Shown: positions 43,629-57,948 of the stretch, one piece after another
Numbering within the stretch: position 1 is the stretch's first letter
Layout: every line of letters begins with the position of its first letter
Source: Bigelowiella natans CCMP2755
Taxonomy: Eukaryota > Protista > Cercozoa
NCBI GenBank assembly: GCA_000320545.1
Contig: ADNK01002807.1
Coordinates: 1-64,000 of the forward strand
Length of the DNA: 64,000 nt
Direction: 5' to 3'
Notes under the pieces: generated by a model
What the model was told of the DNA's origin: nothing
Database searches by the model: none
What the model saw: only the letters and a program-made list of their open reading frames with translations
Program-made: the position numbers and the translations under genes

Positions 43629-44731
43629 TCTTGAAAGCAGAAAGTATACTCGATCTATCACGAACCATTTAGCGTGTACACTCAGTATTTGTTGAATATA
43701 ATATATGCTTTGGGGCAAGAAGGCCAGCAGATTTCTTATGAGAATCTGTGCAATGAAAGTATTAGATGAAGCATCCAAAAAGACAGGGGAGATTCTGTAT
43801 TCTTATGATTGCAGAAAATCAGATTGCAGCAGTAATTATTACATCATTGTGCAAAAAGATTATGTCAAAGCAAACTTTGAATGATGTAGTGACAGTGAAA
43901 ACTAGCAGCATCGCTGCACCGTCATTTCTCTGCACGCACATAGCGTCGTTTTGTCTGCGCACGCGTGGCATCGTTTGTGCCATAAATTTCTTTACTTTTG
44001 CACGTTGAAAATGCAAAGTGATTCCGCATAAGTGCGCACACGTATATTTTGGTCTGCGTTCATGTCAAAACAATGGTGCATAGGCTAGCTGCTCTGTTGT
44101 GCGCAATGCAAACACAATGAGATTTTAATGTACATACGTGGATGTGTCCACACTGCGTGAGCAGCTATTTTTTCGCTGCTGTATCGATCTGATCTGCAGC
44201 ATGTCAATGAGCAAAGCATGCATCTAGTGCATGATGACGACTCCTCGCAATTTAGAGATTATTGTTTTTCGCACATGGAAACTTTGATTCATTATTATTT
44301 TTTGCTCTCCTACGATATTATGCTATCTGCAAAAAATGTTAGCACCCAGCGGAAAAAATCTTTTTCCTGCACCTTCGGCCTGTTTATGTGATATGGAAAT
44401 CTTCTATGGAATGTATACCTAAAGGGATACGAATGGTCATCAAAAAAGCAGTTATCTTTTGTCCCATGCAATGATCCAAGACATACAATAAAAATTAAAT
44501 GGTTTATAATTCAAATGTTGTCTATGAAAAGTGACTTACGTATTGTACTCGTTACATGTATTCATCATCGTCGTAGCAATTGCTCTGTTCATTTTTTTGG
44601 CAAATGAGTCGCATTATTCACTCACCCTATTAAGGTCAGAATGGACCCAATACTCCATATTCCTATTTGGTAGCCGACATCCCCAGACAGCTTGGACACA
44701 CACGCTGTCATTACGTATAGAAAGTATGTTC

Positions 44732-45312
44732 TCAATTACACGCTGCGTCGCCAGAAAAAGAAAACAGGTGGGAAAACTTCCACTCATCTGCAGCAAAATC
44801 CATAGCGTAATATTTTTTCTGTGAGAAGCTTAGCTAAGCAAGACAATAAAATATTTTTTGTAACCCTGATGATTTAAAATATACTCTTCCTATGCAAGCC
44901 TGTTGAGCATTCAAAACAATCTCTGATTACTTCGCAAAGAGCGGATCAAGTCCTTTTTCATCATTTCGATCTCTTCCCTTATTATAAAACAACGATGTCA
45001 TTAGCTTAGAGCACAGTGTACATAGGTTTGTTAGCTTACAATTCGCGTTCGTATGCGTCGTATTCGTCCCAATCTTCTTCCTGCCGCTGCTCCTCCTCCT
45101 CCTCCTCCTCCTCATCTCCTGCATGTGCTGCGGGATGATGATACTCCACATTTGCATCGAATATTTTAACTTCCCAGCCCTCCACTACCACGGGTGTCGA
45201 GTTTTTACGCTCCATAGGTTTCTAATTTCAGTAAAGATCTTAGCGTTAATAATGGGGCATGAACCGTAAATGAACACTTACTTCGTCCTCTGAGAGCCCC
45301 TCCTCGTTCTAT

Positions 45313-45374
<62 letters not shown>

Positions 45375-45463
45375 GCTGTCAACAACGTTATAAAATGGCA
45401 CTACAAGATACATACACGTAGGATTCCTGGGTCCCCCCCTTCGTACAGGCTGCGCGGAAGCAT
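44732..45463 (-). CDS. Small acidic hypothetical protein (not in the ORF track); C-terminal EWKF loosely recalls APC16/SAMBA
   Basis: Phase-consistent exons 45463-45416 (MLPRSLYEGGDPGILR), 45308-45282 (NEEGLSEDE), 45221-45040 (..GWEVKIFDANVEYHH..EDWDEYDAYERE), 44977-44931 (LEEIEMMKKDLIRSLR); last exon ..EWKFSHLFSFSGDAACN*, with an uncertain acceptor. Confidence 0.55.
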
Positions 45464-45475
45464 GGAAGATCTAGG

Positions 45476-45563
45476 AGCGGCTGCTTTAATCTGCTGCTGC
45501 TGTTAAATTTGATCAATATTTAACACATAAAATATCCTATTAAAAGTGTCTATAACTTCTAAA

Positions 45564-45595
<32 letters not shown>

Positions 45596-45728
45596 ATCAG
45601 CGGCTGCTTTAATCTGCTGTTCGATTTGATCAATAGTTAATATATAACAATATCGTAGGAAAAGTGTCTATCCTGTCTGAATTTGGTCAATAATTAACAC
45701 GGGAGAATATCGTAGGATAGTTGTCGGT
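45476..45728. repeat. Imperfect direct repeats (2 full + 1 partial) in a divergent promoter gap
   Basis: agcggctgctttaatctgctg..atttgatcaata..aatatc.ta..aaaagtgtcta at 45476 and 45599; partial atttggtcaata..aatatcgtagga at ~45682. Confidence 0.75.
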
Positions 45729-45805
45729 TCTTCGCTTCTCAAATGATGATAATTTCGATCGATGAGGACTAGCGACCATTGCAACTAGGGAAAGCGCCAA
45801 CAACG

Positions 45806-46922
45806 ATGGGCGCTTTCCTCTCTCATCCATCACTTCCTCTATCTTCCTCACTCCGCAAGCATGGGAGTCTCATAAAAATGATTGCAGTCATTACATCTGC
45901 CTACGCCCTTGGGAAAGCTTTGAAATCACACAGGGAAAAACAGTATGATAAATGCTTCAGACTGAATTTATTACTTTGAGTAACTAGCACATTATTTGTA
46001 TTTTTCAGGGACAAAAGTCTGGAGGCGAAGCTCTTTTGGAGGTACAATGATTGTTTTTTAGTACTACTGCGAATAAAAGCAGGGACACTACTACGTTATA
46101 TCCAAAATAAGGAGAGCACATGCTTCCCTTGTGCCTCCTGAGACCACCAAGCCTACTATTAGGCTTATTTAATACTTCACTCCTATTCTTTTTTTACACA
46201 TCATATTTTAGAAGAATAAAGTCGCTGAAATATGCCGCTCGTCCAAAGTACGCGGCCAATACTTGGAATCGTCTCAGTCTTGCAACGGTAGTAAGTAGTA
46301 GCAATATATAAATTGACAAGTAGTTTGAATGCCCGCTGTAAGGGTAAACACATTTCAAATAGCAAACCCCTCTCCTGCCCCCACTGTAAAATGTAGTAAT
46401 CTTCCGTTGTAAGTATTAAAGATAGTGCAAATCGGCGGTTCAGCGTTCGTTGTCTCCATCCCCCCCCGCCATAAGGTTAAAGGCCAAGAAAGATGGGAAA
46501 GGCTACGATCTGAGCTTAGAAAAAGTGTGACTTCCATCAATTCTGCCCCAGAAATAAACATTGACAAAATATCAGAAACGGTACTACTACTACTGCTACT
46601 ACTACAGCATCATTATCTATAGTTGTGTGCTACTCTTCATTTACGCAATTGCAGGATTTTTCCTTGAGGTTCGAAAAAAGTTATGGTGGAAATGGCATCC
46701 CGGTATTGCTAACTGGGGAATCGATTAGAAAATGGCCTTGTATGGGGGGAGGGGAGAATATCAGATTTAATGATGAGAAGAGTGGAAGTAGCAGTTGTTG
46801 TAGCAGTACCCGTAGTGTTAGAAGAAAGACAAGCAGCAGCAGCAGCAGCTCTATGACCAGCAGTAACACTGTTACGACGACTACGACGACAACAACGGGA
46901 AGCAACACTGCTGCAACAACCC

Positions 46923-46957
<35 letters not shown>

Positions 46958-47166
46958 CGTAATAATATCACTACTGGTAATGAGGAGGATGGTAAAAGTG
47001 GTCTTAGTAGTAGTAGTAGTAACAGTAGTGGAAGTGCCTCTTCTCCTTCGTCGCATTATTCGCTGTCATCTTCATCATCACTACCAACAAAATCGCTACT
47101 GCTTCCATCGTCTTCTTCCTCTTTCTCTGCTACCCCCTCATCCTCCTCCGCCTCCTCCCAATCATC

Positions 47167-47197
<31 letters not shown>

Positions 47198-47715
47198 TCA
47201 TCATCATCATCACCGTCGTCTCTCCGAGGATTGTGGACCCTTGAAAGGCTGGCCAGTAGGTTTCCCAACTCACACTTCAGGCTGTCGGATACGCATACAG
47301 CTACCATATCACTAAGCGATTTCGCAAGGTAATTAATTGGGACTAAGATGATGATGATGAGCAAACATATGATACTACTACATCCGTATGCAAGTACACA
47401 GTCCTCCTTGTGTTTCTTAGATATTCTTTGGAGAATCAGGACGATTCTCCTCTTGCGATCTACGACAGCGCATTCGTAGATAGAAACGGTAAGCTGCTGC
47501 TGCTGCTGCTGCTGCTGCTTCCCAGTAGTTTATGATTGATGATGGTGTAATAAGTATATACTCGTTATTCTTTTAAATCTTCATGGAAAAAGCAGAAATT
47601 CAACAAAGTTCTTTTAACAAAATTCTTGAAACAAATGTCGATGTACCCAGGTGGATTTATTGGTACAAGTGGACCAATAATATATCATCATTAAATATAA
47701 ATATGTATATATATG

Positions 47716-47754
<39 letters not shown>

Positions 47755-48932
47755 GAGAACTCATCCTAAATCATTACCACTATCTTAGGAAAGGAGAAAG
47801 TTATGGCGGAGGAGTACATAACACCGGAAATCTTTAAAGATGATCTCTTTAATTATTACTTTGAAAGACCACCTCACAGATGGGTATGATGATGATGATG
47901 ATGACGACAACGACGATAACATGTGGCAGTTTGTATCAAGAGTTGTCATTTCTACTGTAGACTAAGAGAAAAGTGCCGTCGTCTATGAATAAAATGGCAA
48001 ACGAATAATTTAGATATTGAGTAAGCTACTGCTTTGATTTTATGACATCAACAACAAGAAACTAATTTAGACTGGTGATACTGCTACTACTACTACTACA
48101 CTACTACTGCTACTACTGTTACTATTACTACTACTACTACTATCAGATACTGCTTGCCCCAGAGAGATCTGGAACAGGTGGCGGTGGTGAAACATGATGA
48201 TGATGATGATGATGCTTGCTGCTGCTGCTCAAACAACTACTTTTAAGTTATTGTAAGACACATCGCTGGGACAACCATTTACCATATCCACTTCTCCTCC
48301 TTAACCCCCCCCCCCCCTCCTCATTTACCATATCCGCTTCTCCTCCTTACCTCCCCCCCCTCCAATAATTAACTGTAGGAATCCATCTTGATCCTTTGTA
48401 CACGTCAGCTTGGCTTGCTCTTTGCACTGGCCAAAAACGTATGATGATGTTGTTGTAGTAGTAGTAGTGGTGGTGGTAGTGGCTGTGTGCATTAGTCTTG
48501 TTACACCACCATAGAATAGGAATAGCATCAGCTGAAAGGATGATGATGAAGATGATGATGATGATGATGATACGTTATAGCATAAACTAAAATGTCCAAG
48601 TCTTTGTAGCAGTAGCCGTAGCAGTAGTAGTAGTATTTTGGATGATGATCCTATTTTGTTTTCTTCTTCTTCTTTGTCACTACTATAAACCATCAATCCC
48701 AGTAGCACTGAGAATATAACCTCATTATTGTGCTGATTTGCTATTAAATCATGATTCTCTCCTGGAAAAAATACAAAGTGTATATTTTCCATTTCACCAT
48801 ATACTATTTCCTTGTATAAAAGTTCTCTCCTATATCACCGTAGTATGCATTCTTTTCCTTCTTCTTCTTCTCCCTGTGGTGAGAGGGTGAATGATAGGAA
48901 TAATATGTGTGATGATGATGATGATGATGATT

Positions 48933-48966
<34 letters not shown>

Positions 48967-49036
48967 TGCTGTTGTTGTTGTTGTAACCTGTCGTCATAAT
49001 AAGTATCAGCCCTCATCATCAGAGCATGTTTCTCTC

Positions 49037-49078
<42 letters not shown>

Positions 49079-49359
49079 ATCTCTCTAAGGTTGGGTATTA
49101 TTCCCCCCCCCATACTGATCCAAGTTTGATTGGAGGAGCTACAAAGAAATCATCGTCTAGCAGTATTGATTATGATGATGACAGCAATATTACCAAAGAA
49201 TCAGTTAAATTCTTCTTAGAAGTGTACCCCAGATTGAAAAGAGAAGGATGGGGATGGAACAGCAACAAAGAAGAAGAAAAAGAAGAATGTGGCGACAGCA
49301 AGGAAAATGATGATGATGCCGATAATTCTGTGGAATTCAAAAGAAAGGGAGAACAAAGA

Positions 49360-49396
<37 letters not shown>

Positions 49397-49755
49397 GCTC
49401 TTATACGGAGAAAGTGATAAAGGAAGGGAAGGAGGGGGAGGGAGCAGCTTATAATGATGATGACCATCATCATCCTCATCATCATCCTCATCATCATCAT
49501 CCTCATCTTGGGAATCAATCGCACTGTCACTCATCGCCATTTCCTCGAAAGATGTACATACAACCAAATTGTTGTTATTATAATTATTATTGTTGTTATT
49601 ATTGCTATTATTGTTATTGTTATTATTGAAAAGAACCGACAATAACTAGCACCGCTTCTCTTTTTTTGCGTAAATTTATGCATTGATGAAGAGAAAAGAA
49701 GACGAGAGATCCTATACATGAGATGATATTTTGAGATATGATAATGGTAATGGTA

Positions 49756-49786
<31 letters not shown>

Positions 49787-49807
49787 CGATGATGATCTGC
49801 TCTTTGA

Positions 49808-49843
<36 letters not shown>

Positions 49844-49944
49844 TACTAAAATCATCTAGGATGTTGGAGATATTACAAAATCCCGGCGAAATTGTGTTTG
49901 TCCCTCCAGGATGGTATGTAGCGAATAATAGTTGCAGACTAACG

Positions 49945-49975
<31 letters not shown>

Positions 49976-50383
49976 TAGTTGCTAGTGGAAAATGAGGATT
50001 CAACAACGCAATGTAGTACTAATTATACTAATAATAGTGGTGATGACAATGGTCTAATTCGATGGTAATTAAGAAGAAGAAGATGAAGATGATACTCACT
50101 ATCATTGAACTACTACTACTACTGCTACTACTACTACTACACAGGTGGCATGCTGTTCTCAACTTGGATGACACCGTTTCTGTGACTCATAATTACCTTA
50201 GTCGATACTCAATGCGACCTAATCTGGTAATAGTTGTAGTACAAGATGGTACAACGTGCAACTACTACTACTACTACTACTACTACTCTGCTACTATTGT
50301 GTAGTTATGTATGTAGCTCTATTTATAATAATAATGATAGCAACAACATATCGTTCTTTGCTGCACTCACTTTTGATGGAGGA

Positions 50384-50420
<37 letters not shown>

Positions 50421-51027
50421 GCACCATTTTTCAGCTATGGCCAGAGCTTTGCATTCACCAGCCCGAATTCGCCCCACGTTTTTATCGACAAGTGAGGAGA
50501 TTTGAATCGGAAATTGCACGACAATTGTTCAAAATCCACATGAAACTACGCACAGGGGGAGAATCTTTGCGGGGGAAACTGGTAGTGGCATACATACATA
50601 CATACATACATACATACACACATACGTGGATTGCGGATATATTGACACCGTAGTTATCATGTTCCCAAATCATCGATATCTATGCAGAAACACACACACT
50701 CACACACGCACACAGGATGTTCGAAAGAACATACGATTCAAAAATAGTTTATTGAAATGTAAAGATATGAGGCAAAACTTTGGCAAAAACTTTGTTAAGC
50801 TTTGCTTTCCACTGGTATTAAACAATGTATCCTCCTATTCACAGGGAATACCCTCTTGCTGCTGGAAGATAGTAGAAGCTGAAATGCCAAGCATTTGGGA
50901 GGATAAAGATCCAGCAGCAGCAGGTTCATTCGACAAGAAAGAGGAAGCAAGTCATATAGATAAGAAAAAGGGCGGTTTCAGTGGTAAAGATGAAGAGGAT
51001 GATGATGAAGATGATGAACTTCTGTGA
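45806..51027 (+). CDS. JmjC-domain 2-oxoglutarate/Fe(II) oxygenase, JMJD6/PSR-like
   Basis: PVLLTG..KWP, WTLERL, DDSPLAIYDSAF, PEIFKDDLF..RPPHRW ILLAPERSGTG IHLDPLYTSAW (HxD), QNPGEIVFVPPGW WHAVLNLDDTVSVTHNY (distal His); stop at 51027. Confidence 0.88.
48276..48363. repeat. Intronic tandem duplication (~46 bp)
   Basis: catttaccatatcc(a/g)cttctcctcctta..poly-C at 48276 and 48322, just upstream of the acceptor at ~48378. Confidence 0.8.
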
Positions 51028-53006
51028 ATGACTCTCCTATTTATTATTACATTTGGCAGTAGCCAATAGCTTGATGTGTAACATATATAGCAGCTATGAA
51101 AAATAAATTACGCATGCACGTGCATGTCTACTGCACATCACATGTGTTGCATGTATGCATGTCCATTTTGCAAGCGTTAATGCATATCACATGATGATCT
51201 AGCGCTACACACAGTTCCTTTATTAGATGTAAGCAAGGTCTGGCTACATGTGTGCTCGATTGTTGCAGTAGGTATTGTTATTACTCCGAAGTCACGTTGC
51301 ATTGTCCTGTCTACTACGACGCCCGCATAAGGAGCTAATAACTGAGTGCCATGATGAGGAGATACAATTTTAGCCATCGAGAGGATGTATACTCTCACAC
51401 AAGCGACAGCATCTAGCAAGCTAGATTGAATCTCATCTTGAGATATTGCAAAAATTGCGTAGCAATGCTAGAATGACCCTTCTTAGTTCTAGCTTTCGGC
51501 GAGTAGCGGCCATGGACATAACGAATTTCAAGCAGTAGTCAGTGACAAAAAGCTTGCTAGCTAGCTTGGTCGATCTGGTAACGATCGAACAAACGTGAAA
51601 GCAAGTGGCACAGTTTTGCATCAAATTGAAGCAAGCAACATGGTTTGTGTTCATGCAATGTGTCCATGCATGCAACCGGAGCAGTGCACACGTGTAGCTG
51701 TTGATTGACAAACATTACATGCAAATTGTGCATGTTGCATCTCTCACATGTCATCTGCACAACAAATTGTCACACTACAAATTGCTGTTTGTCAAAGTGG
51801 GGTGCTAGTGAACAGTTGCTCATCAGTGTGGACATCATGGAACAGCTACAGACACAGCTTGACTGCTGTATGACTGAGGGAATGCCATTGCGCTACATTA
51901 GTGCACGCAGTTGCATGAGAAACACTGTGGATGACTTCAAGAAAGACACGAAGAAGTTGCACAGCATTCTCGGGAGCTTAGGGGGCATCTGCTTCTGCAT
52001 TTGCAGATGAATGGAACGTGTACAGAACGCAGCAGATGCTTCTAGGTTCCAGCTAGGACTAGAGGAGCATCAACACAAAACGATTATCAGGACGGTTGAT
52101 GCCCAAAACTTGATGCAATGACCTAGCAATTAGCATCACCATGAAGCTTCCAAGCATCGCCATCACATGGACAGCAGTGGATGCGATGTGTTTGTGGAGC
52201 CAACAATTTGGGAAGCTTCACTAGCTAGCTAGTTCATGACAGAGCGCGGGCAATGTGACAAAGACGATGCTCATTCTAAGAGACACGTACGTGTAGGAAC
52301 TGTGCATGCTTAGTCTCTTGTTAGCATGAGCTGTAGCATGTGTGATTCAGGCATGCATGCTAAGAGACACGCATGCTAGCATGTGTAGGAACCATGCATG
52401 TTTAGTCTCTCACCATTGCATGTCGCACGTACGTTTTGAGTGATGAGAATGTTGATCATTTGCCTACGCCACTTACAGGAACACAAGTTAAACAACATTG
52501 ACTCGTTGAACAAGATCACGCAATCAATTGAGACGGGTCATGTGGGGCAGAGGCGGCAACACACATACAACCCAATGCTAGAACATATCACGTAGAGCTA
52601 AAATGCCTTACGCATGCATGCGCGTGCGGCATGAGTCATGTAAGACAACATGCTGGCTTTGCAAACATGACATTTGTGATCAGACAATCGATGGAATGGA
52701 AACTGACAAGTGCAATTTGAGCATTGTAGCCGCCGCTTTGCATGGCTGCACTAGGATGATCATTGAGAGAAATGATTAATTCATTACATTCGTCTCATAT
52801 TTACATTAGGTCAACCACATACAGATGCTGCTGCGACAATACGTAATTCGTGCGCGTGTATCGAAGCTCAAGAAGTATGCATCATAGCGTGTGTCAGGAT
52901 TACTTTGATTTATTATCAACGTCATTCATGCTTTTGTTGATTTAGAAAAGTATACGACGATGATGGAGTGGATCAATAGATCGATGGGATGAGGGGACAC
53001 CATCCG

Positions 53007-53589
53007 CTATGTTGCAGCTGTGGATTTTTCACACCTATGAGCGAATTTACGATACGCTTTTGACAATCCTTCAAAAATAGCCTCGGCTCGCACCTTTTGA
53101 GGAACTGTCAATCCACGGACCTGAATGAACATGAGGAGAAGGAGGAAGTGGAGGAAGAGGAGGAGGAGGAAGAAGAAAACACAGTCGATACCAGTAGATG
53201 GTGGAAAATTACAATACGCGCACACGCATAAGCATACGCACACACATATGTTGGATGATGGATGTATGTGGTTATGTATTGCCAATTGAACAGGTTTCCA
53301 CGCGAAACTAGTGTTGTCTCTCAATCAACCCCCTTATCATTATTAGTACCACCACTACCAAATATTACTACTACTGGTGCTACTTTAAAGAAATACCTTA
53401 TCAGGATGTACTTGGAGGAGTGTCTTGTGATATGCCTTCTTCACAGTCCCACTTACTTTGTTGATATTGCTTTTCCCCTTGAAATTAGTAGTGGTACTAA
53501 AAGCTTTAAAATCATCATCACCGAGCTTTTGCTGTAGAGAGAATGGATCATGGTCAAATCCCTCAGGAAATATCTCATCCATATGTACC

Positions 53590-53622
<33 letters not shown>

Positions 53623-53894
53623 GTAGTAGTAGTAGTAGGACAACACCACAGAATAACAGTGTGCAAAGAGCAAAATGGGTAATCAGATTATTGTTATAAT
53701 AATCATACGAAGACGCTGCTTAGATGATGGCAAAAATAATGAGAAACCAAGATAGAATAGGTATTTATTAGATGTGCTGTTATGATACAATCATTACTAC
53801 CAGAAGTTTGACTATATTCTTCTTGTGCTTTGAAAGCCATTCTTCCACATGTGCTGTCATCGCATTAGAAGCACACTGTAGTAGTAGCAGTAGT

Positions 53895-53926
<32 letters not shown>

Positions 53927-54515
53927 AAAGTAGTTGAAAGAGGGAGATACTGGTATGATCTGAACTAGTAATAGTACCCTTCTATAATCTTAAATCCTGG
54001 TGATGATGAATCGTACACAATGTTACAGAGTATTGCTTGTTGTGTTTGAATGAGACCTCTCTTGCCTCGATTTCTTTTTTCTCATTTTCAACCCTACGGT
54101 CTAGCGACGCCATTCGTTTGGCAATTCTGACATAGAGTATTAAGTAATAATTACATCAGTGGTAAAAAACACATACAGAAAACAACCACCTCCTAAAATT
54201 GTTAGATGATAACAAATCATAATTTAAGGGAAATCATTAATCTCCCAATGAATCGATGATATTTATCATATACATATTACAAGTACTTGAATCAATAGGC
54301 AAACACCTGTCTTTGAGGGATGATGACGAAGGAGCTTCATCAGCAGCATCATTATCATTATCATTGTCACAAGCATCTTGATGATGACTCATAACATCGT
54401 TGTTGTTGTCAAGGTCGTCATCATCATCATGCTGGCCTCCTCCTCCTCCCCCGTGCTGTTTCTTGGAATTCTTCATCACTTCTTGAGCTTGTAGCTGCAC
54501 TTTGTAACTTTACGC

Positions 54516-54547
<32 letters not shown>

Positions 54548-55860
54548 ATTGTCTTAGTTAAATAATGGCGATAGTAATCATGCTAATTGTGCACCCCATC
54601 ACGACAACAAGAACAAGAACACGACGACGATGACAACTTTTCCAATTTAAAATTAAGATAACATCTTTTGTTTTTCTTGTCCAGTTTTTACTCGCAAAAC
54701 AGCAGGATATGTTGATCCAAAGCTGCTGCTGCTGGACTACATCTATTATCTAACAAGTCGTCGGTGCGTGGGTGTTCTTAAGACTACTACTACTAACACT
54801 ACTACTGCTACTGCTTGAAAATAATAGTACTAAATGATCTGTTGTTCTTGTTGTTCTTTATATCTATCTCACCTATAATGTCAGTCGAACTGCTGCTGCT
54901 GCTACTACTTCTACTACTACTACTGCTACTGCTACTGCTACTACTACCGCTACTACTACTACTACTGCTACTACTTTTCAAAGACACTTGTCAATAAATT
55001 GCGTGTTTTCGTTGTTGGTGCAACCTATCGATGATGGTAGATTATGATGATGATAGATCAACATGTGCTAATACTGGATAGATGATATGGGGAGAATTAT
55101 ACAAAAACACCTACAAACAACTACAGCAGTAGCAGCACAATACTACTACTACTGCTACTACTACTACTACTACTACTACTACGATGATTTATTGCTTCTT
55201 GCTTCCAGGAGAGTAGTAGATCCATCATAATGTAGTAGCATCATCCATCACACAGCAAACACCACCTACCTGTACGACGTCTGGGAAAAGCTTGATGGTT
55301 GCTTTATGACCATACATCATTAAAAATTGGTGAAAGTATTCTTTTGGTGATATCTGTAATGCGATGTGAGCAAGAAGAAGAGAAACAACAAATAAGAATC
55401 ACAACGATTTAGAAGAAAAAGAAGAAGAAGAAGAAGAAGAAGAAGAAGAAGAAGAAAACATAAACCACGTAGTACATACCCACCTCAAGGTTCTTTAGCA
55501 TCTTACTCAAATTCTTTATCTATCAACACAAGGTACAGGTATCATCAATCAATGACCTCAATACTCTACTCATTGATGATTCGAGTCGATGAAGGATGAA
55601 AAAGAGATTGATAAGGAGGAGGAGGAGGCGGCGGAAGAGTCACAATTACTACTTTTACTCTTTACTATCCACTACACCTGAATCCATTCCCCTTCTTCTT
55701 TACTAGTACTAGTACTACCACCACACCTAAATCCCTTTCTCTTCATCTTTACTAGTACTACTACTACTACCACTACACCTGAATCCATTTCTCTTCATCT
55801 CCCCTAGCAGCCTCTATGAGCTTACTCTTGAGAGACCTGATGATGATGATAATAATGATG

Positions 55861-55896
<36 letters not shown>

Positions 55897-55918
55897 TATT
55901 AGTGATAATAATGTCACA

Positions 55919-55950
<32 letters not shown>

Positions 55951-56225
55951 CATCTCCTCATTGGATATCAAATAGAAGGAAATGAGGATGGGAGAGGAGG
56001 AAGTAGAGAAGGAGAAATATAATGATAGACGATCATAATTATTTTTGTTCCATAAGTCGGTTTCTTCTTCTTACATGCTGTGACGATCTACACCACTGCT
56101 CTTTCTACGACGATGCTGCTGCCTCTGAGGTTGTTTTTTTTCCCCTTGTTCTCTTTCTTCTTCCTCCTCCTCCTGCTGCTGTTGATGGTGCTTGCTTATA
56201 TCCTCAGCATCAGGAAAACGGCTGC

Positions 56226-56260
<35 letters not shown>

Positions 56261-56563
56261 GTGATCATGTATTAAAAATAATAAATGAATGAAGAAAGTG
56301 ATAATGATGAGCAACAACTTGTTTGGTTGTTTCTCACTATGTAGGAGGTATCACTTACCTAGCTGTCAAAAGATGTATTATTATCATTAATAATATCATG
56401 TACTCGTGATATGATTACAACGATGATGATGAAGATTCATGCCATTACTACTACTACTACTACTACTTCTATGACTACTACTATGCTAGCGCTTTTTCAC
56501 CAGCACCTACCTTCTTGAGGTACTACTACTAGTAGTAGTAGCAGACGAAGAAGAAGAGAGGCC

Positions 56564-56596
<33 letters not shown>

Positions 56597-56981
56597 CGGT
56601 GCTTTTCCACTAGTACTGCGACGAGGACGTGATGATGATGATGACGACGATGGTTGGTGAGAGGATGATTCAGGCGTACGTGCTCTAACAAGCAAAAAGA
56701 ATTGGTGATATGATGATTAATTCAAACAACAAAACAAATGGCAGCTGATGAAAGCTTATGATGAGCACGGGTATCAATAGTTCATTCGTCGCCTACAACA
56801 ACGAGTGTTTCTTCTTCTTCTTCTTCTTCTTCTTCTTCTTCTTGTACTTCTACCTGCTAATTGTTTGTATATGGTAGCACATAGTGTATGGTGATATGTA
56901 CGATGTTATGAATAATGTGTGTATAGTACCACACACTGTACAGTGATATGCTCAATGAGTGCTAATATACTTTCTTGCTAC

Positions 56982-57025
<44 letters not shown>

Positions 57026-57135
57026 CTTGAGTTGATATTGTGTTTGCTTCCTTTTCTACTTCTTCGTCTCTGATTAGGAGCAAGTAGTAGTGAGAAAGAT
57101 GAGCAAGATTGGATGTACAAAACATGTATATTAAT

Positions 57136-57173
<38 letters not shown>

Positions 57174-57361
57174 TTCTCATTACAACTAATAATGTAGGGG
57201 TAGCAGCTCATTGATTGATTCCTTCCTGGGTTGGTTTCTTTCTTCTTCTTCTTCTTCTTCTTCTTCTTCTTCTTGTTATTGTTGTTGTTGTACTGCTTTT
57301 CTGATAGATTGAATGCTACCACTGCAAGCACTGCCGTTACTAATACCACCACCACTACTAA

Positions 57362-57394
<33 letters not shown>

Positions 57395-57899
57395 GACCTG
57401 GTGGCGCTTTTGTTCTTGTCCTCCTGCACTTGATGATGTTGGCTGCTGCTGCTTGTACGCCTTATACACGTCCTCAGGCACCATGACCATTGCAGCGATA
57501 GTCTCTGAGAAAGAAAGGTGAGTAACAGAATAAGAATAAGAAGAAGAAGAAGAAGGAGGAGGAGGAGGAGGAGGAGGAGGAGGAAAGCATCGATTAACAT
57601 ACAGAATAAGCGAGGTCAATAAGAAGATATTATCCTGAATATATCTGTTGTAGTAGTAGCAGCAGTAAGTAATATCAGCACTAATTAGCAGTTCTTGTAG
57701 TACTTGTAGTAGTAGTAGTAAAAACTATACCTTTCGTTTCCGTCTTAGGCAATTTATGAACACCTTTAGGTAGTACGCTCCACATCACTTTCTGTGCACA
57801 ACAATAACAACAACAACGACAAGATCGTGGTAAGAATGATGATGATGGTGATGGAGGAAGATCATATCTGAGAGATGGTATACACACACACACACACAG

Positions 57900-57948
<49 letters not shown>

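Noticed and set aside
51010-51027. C-terminal DDELL as an ER-retention signal
   Set aside because: Ends in DELL rather than xDEL, and no clear signal peptide is present.
51433-52300. Transposase or retroelement remnant in the longest spacer
   Set aside because: Short ORFs show no recognisable DDE, RT or integrase motif by eye; a decayed element cannot be excluded without a profile search.
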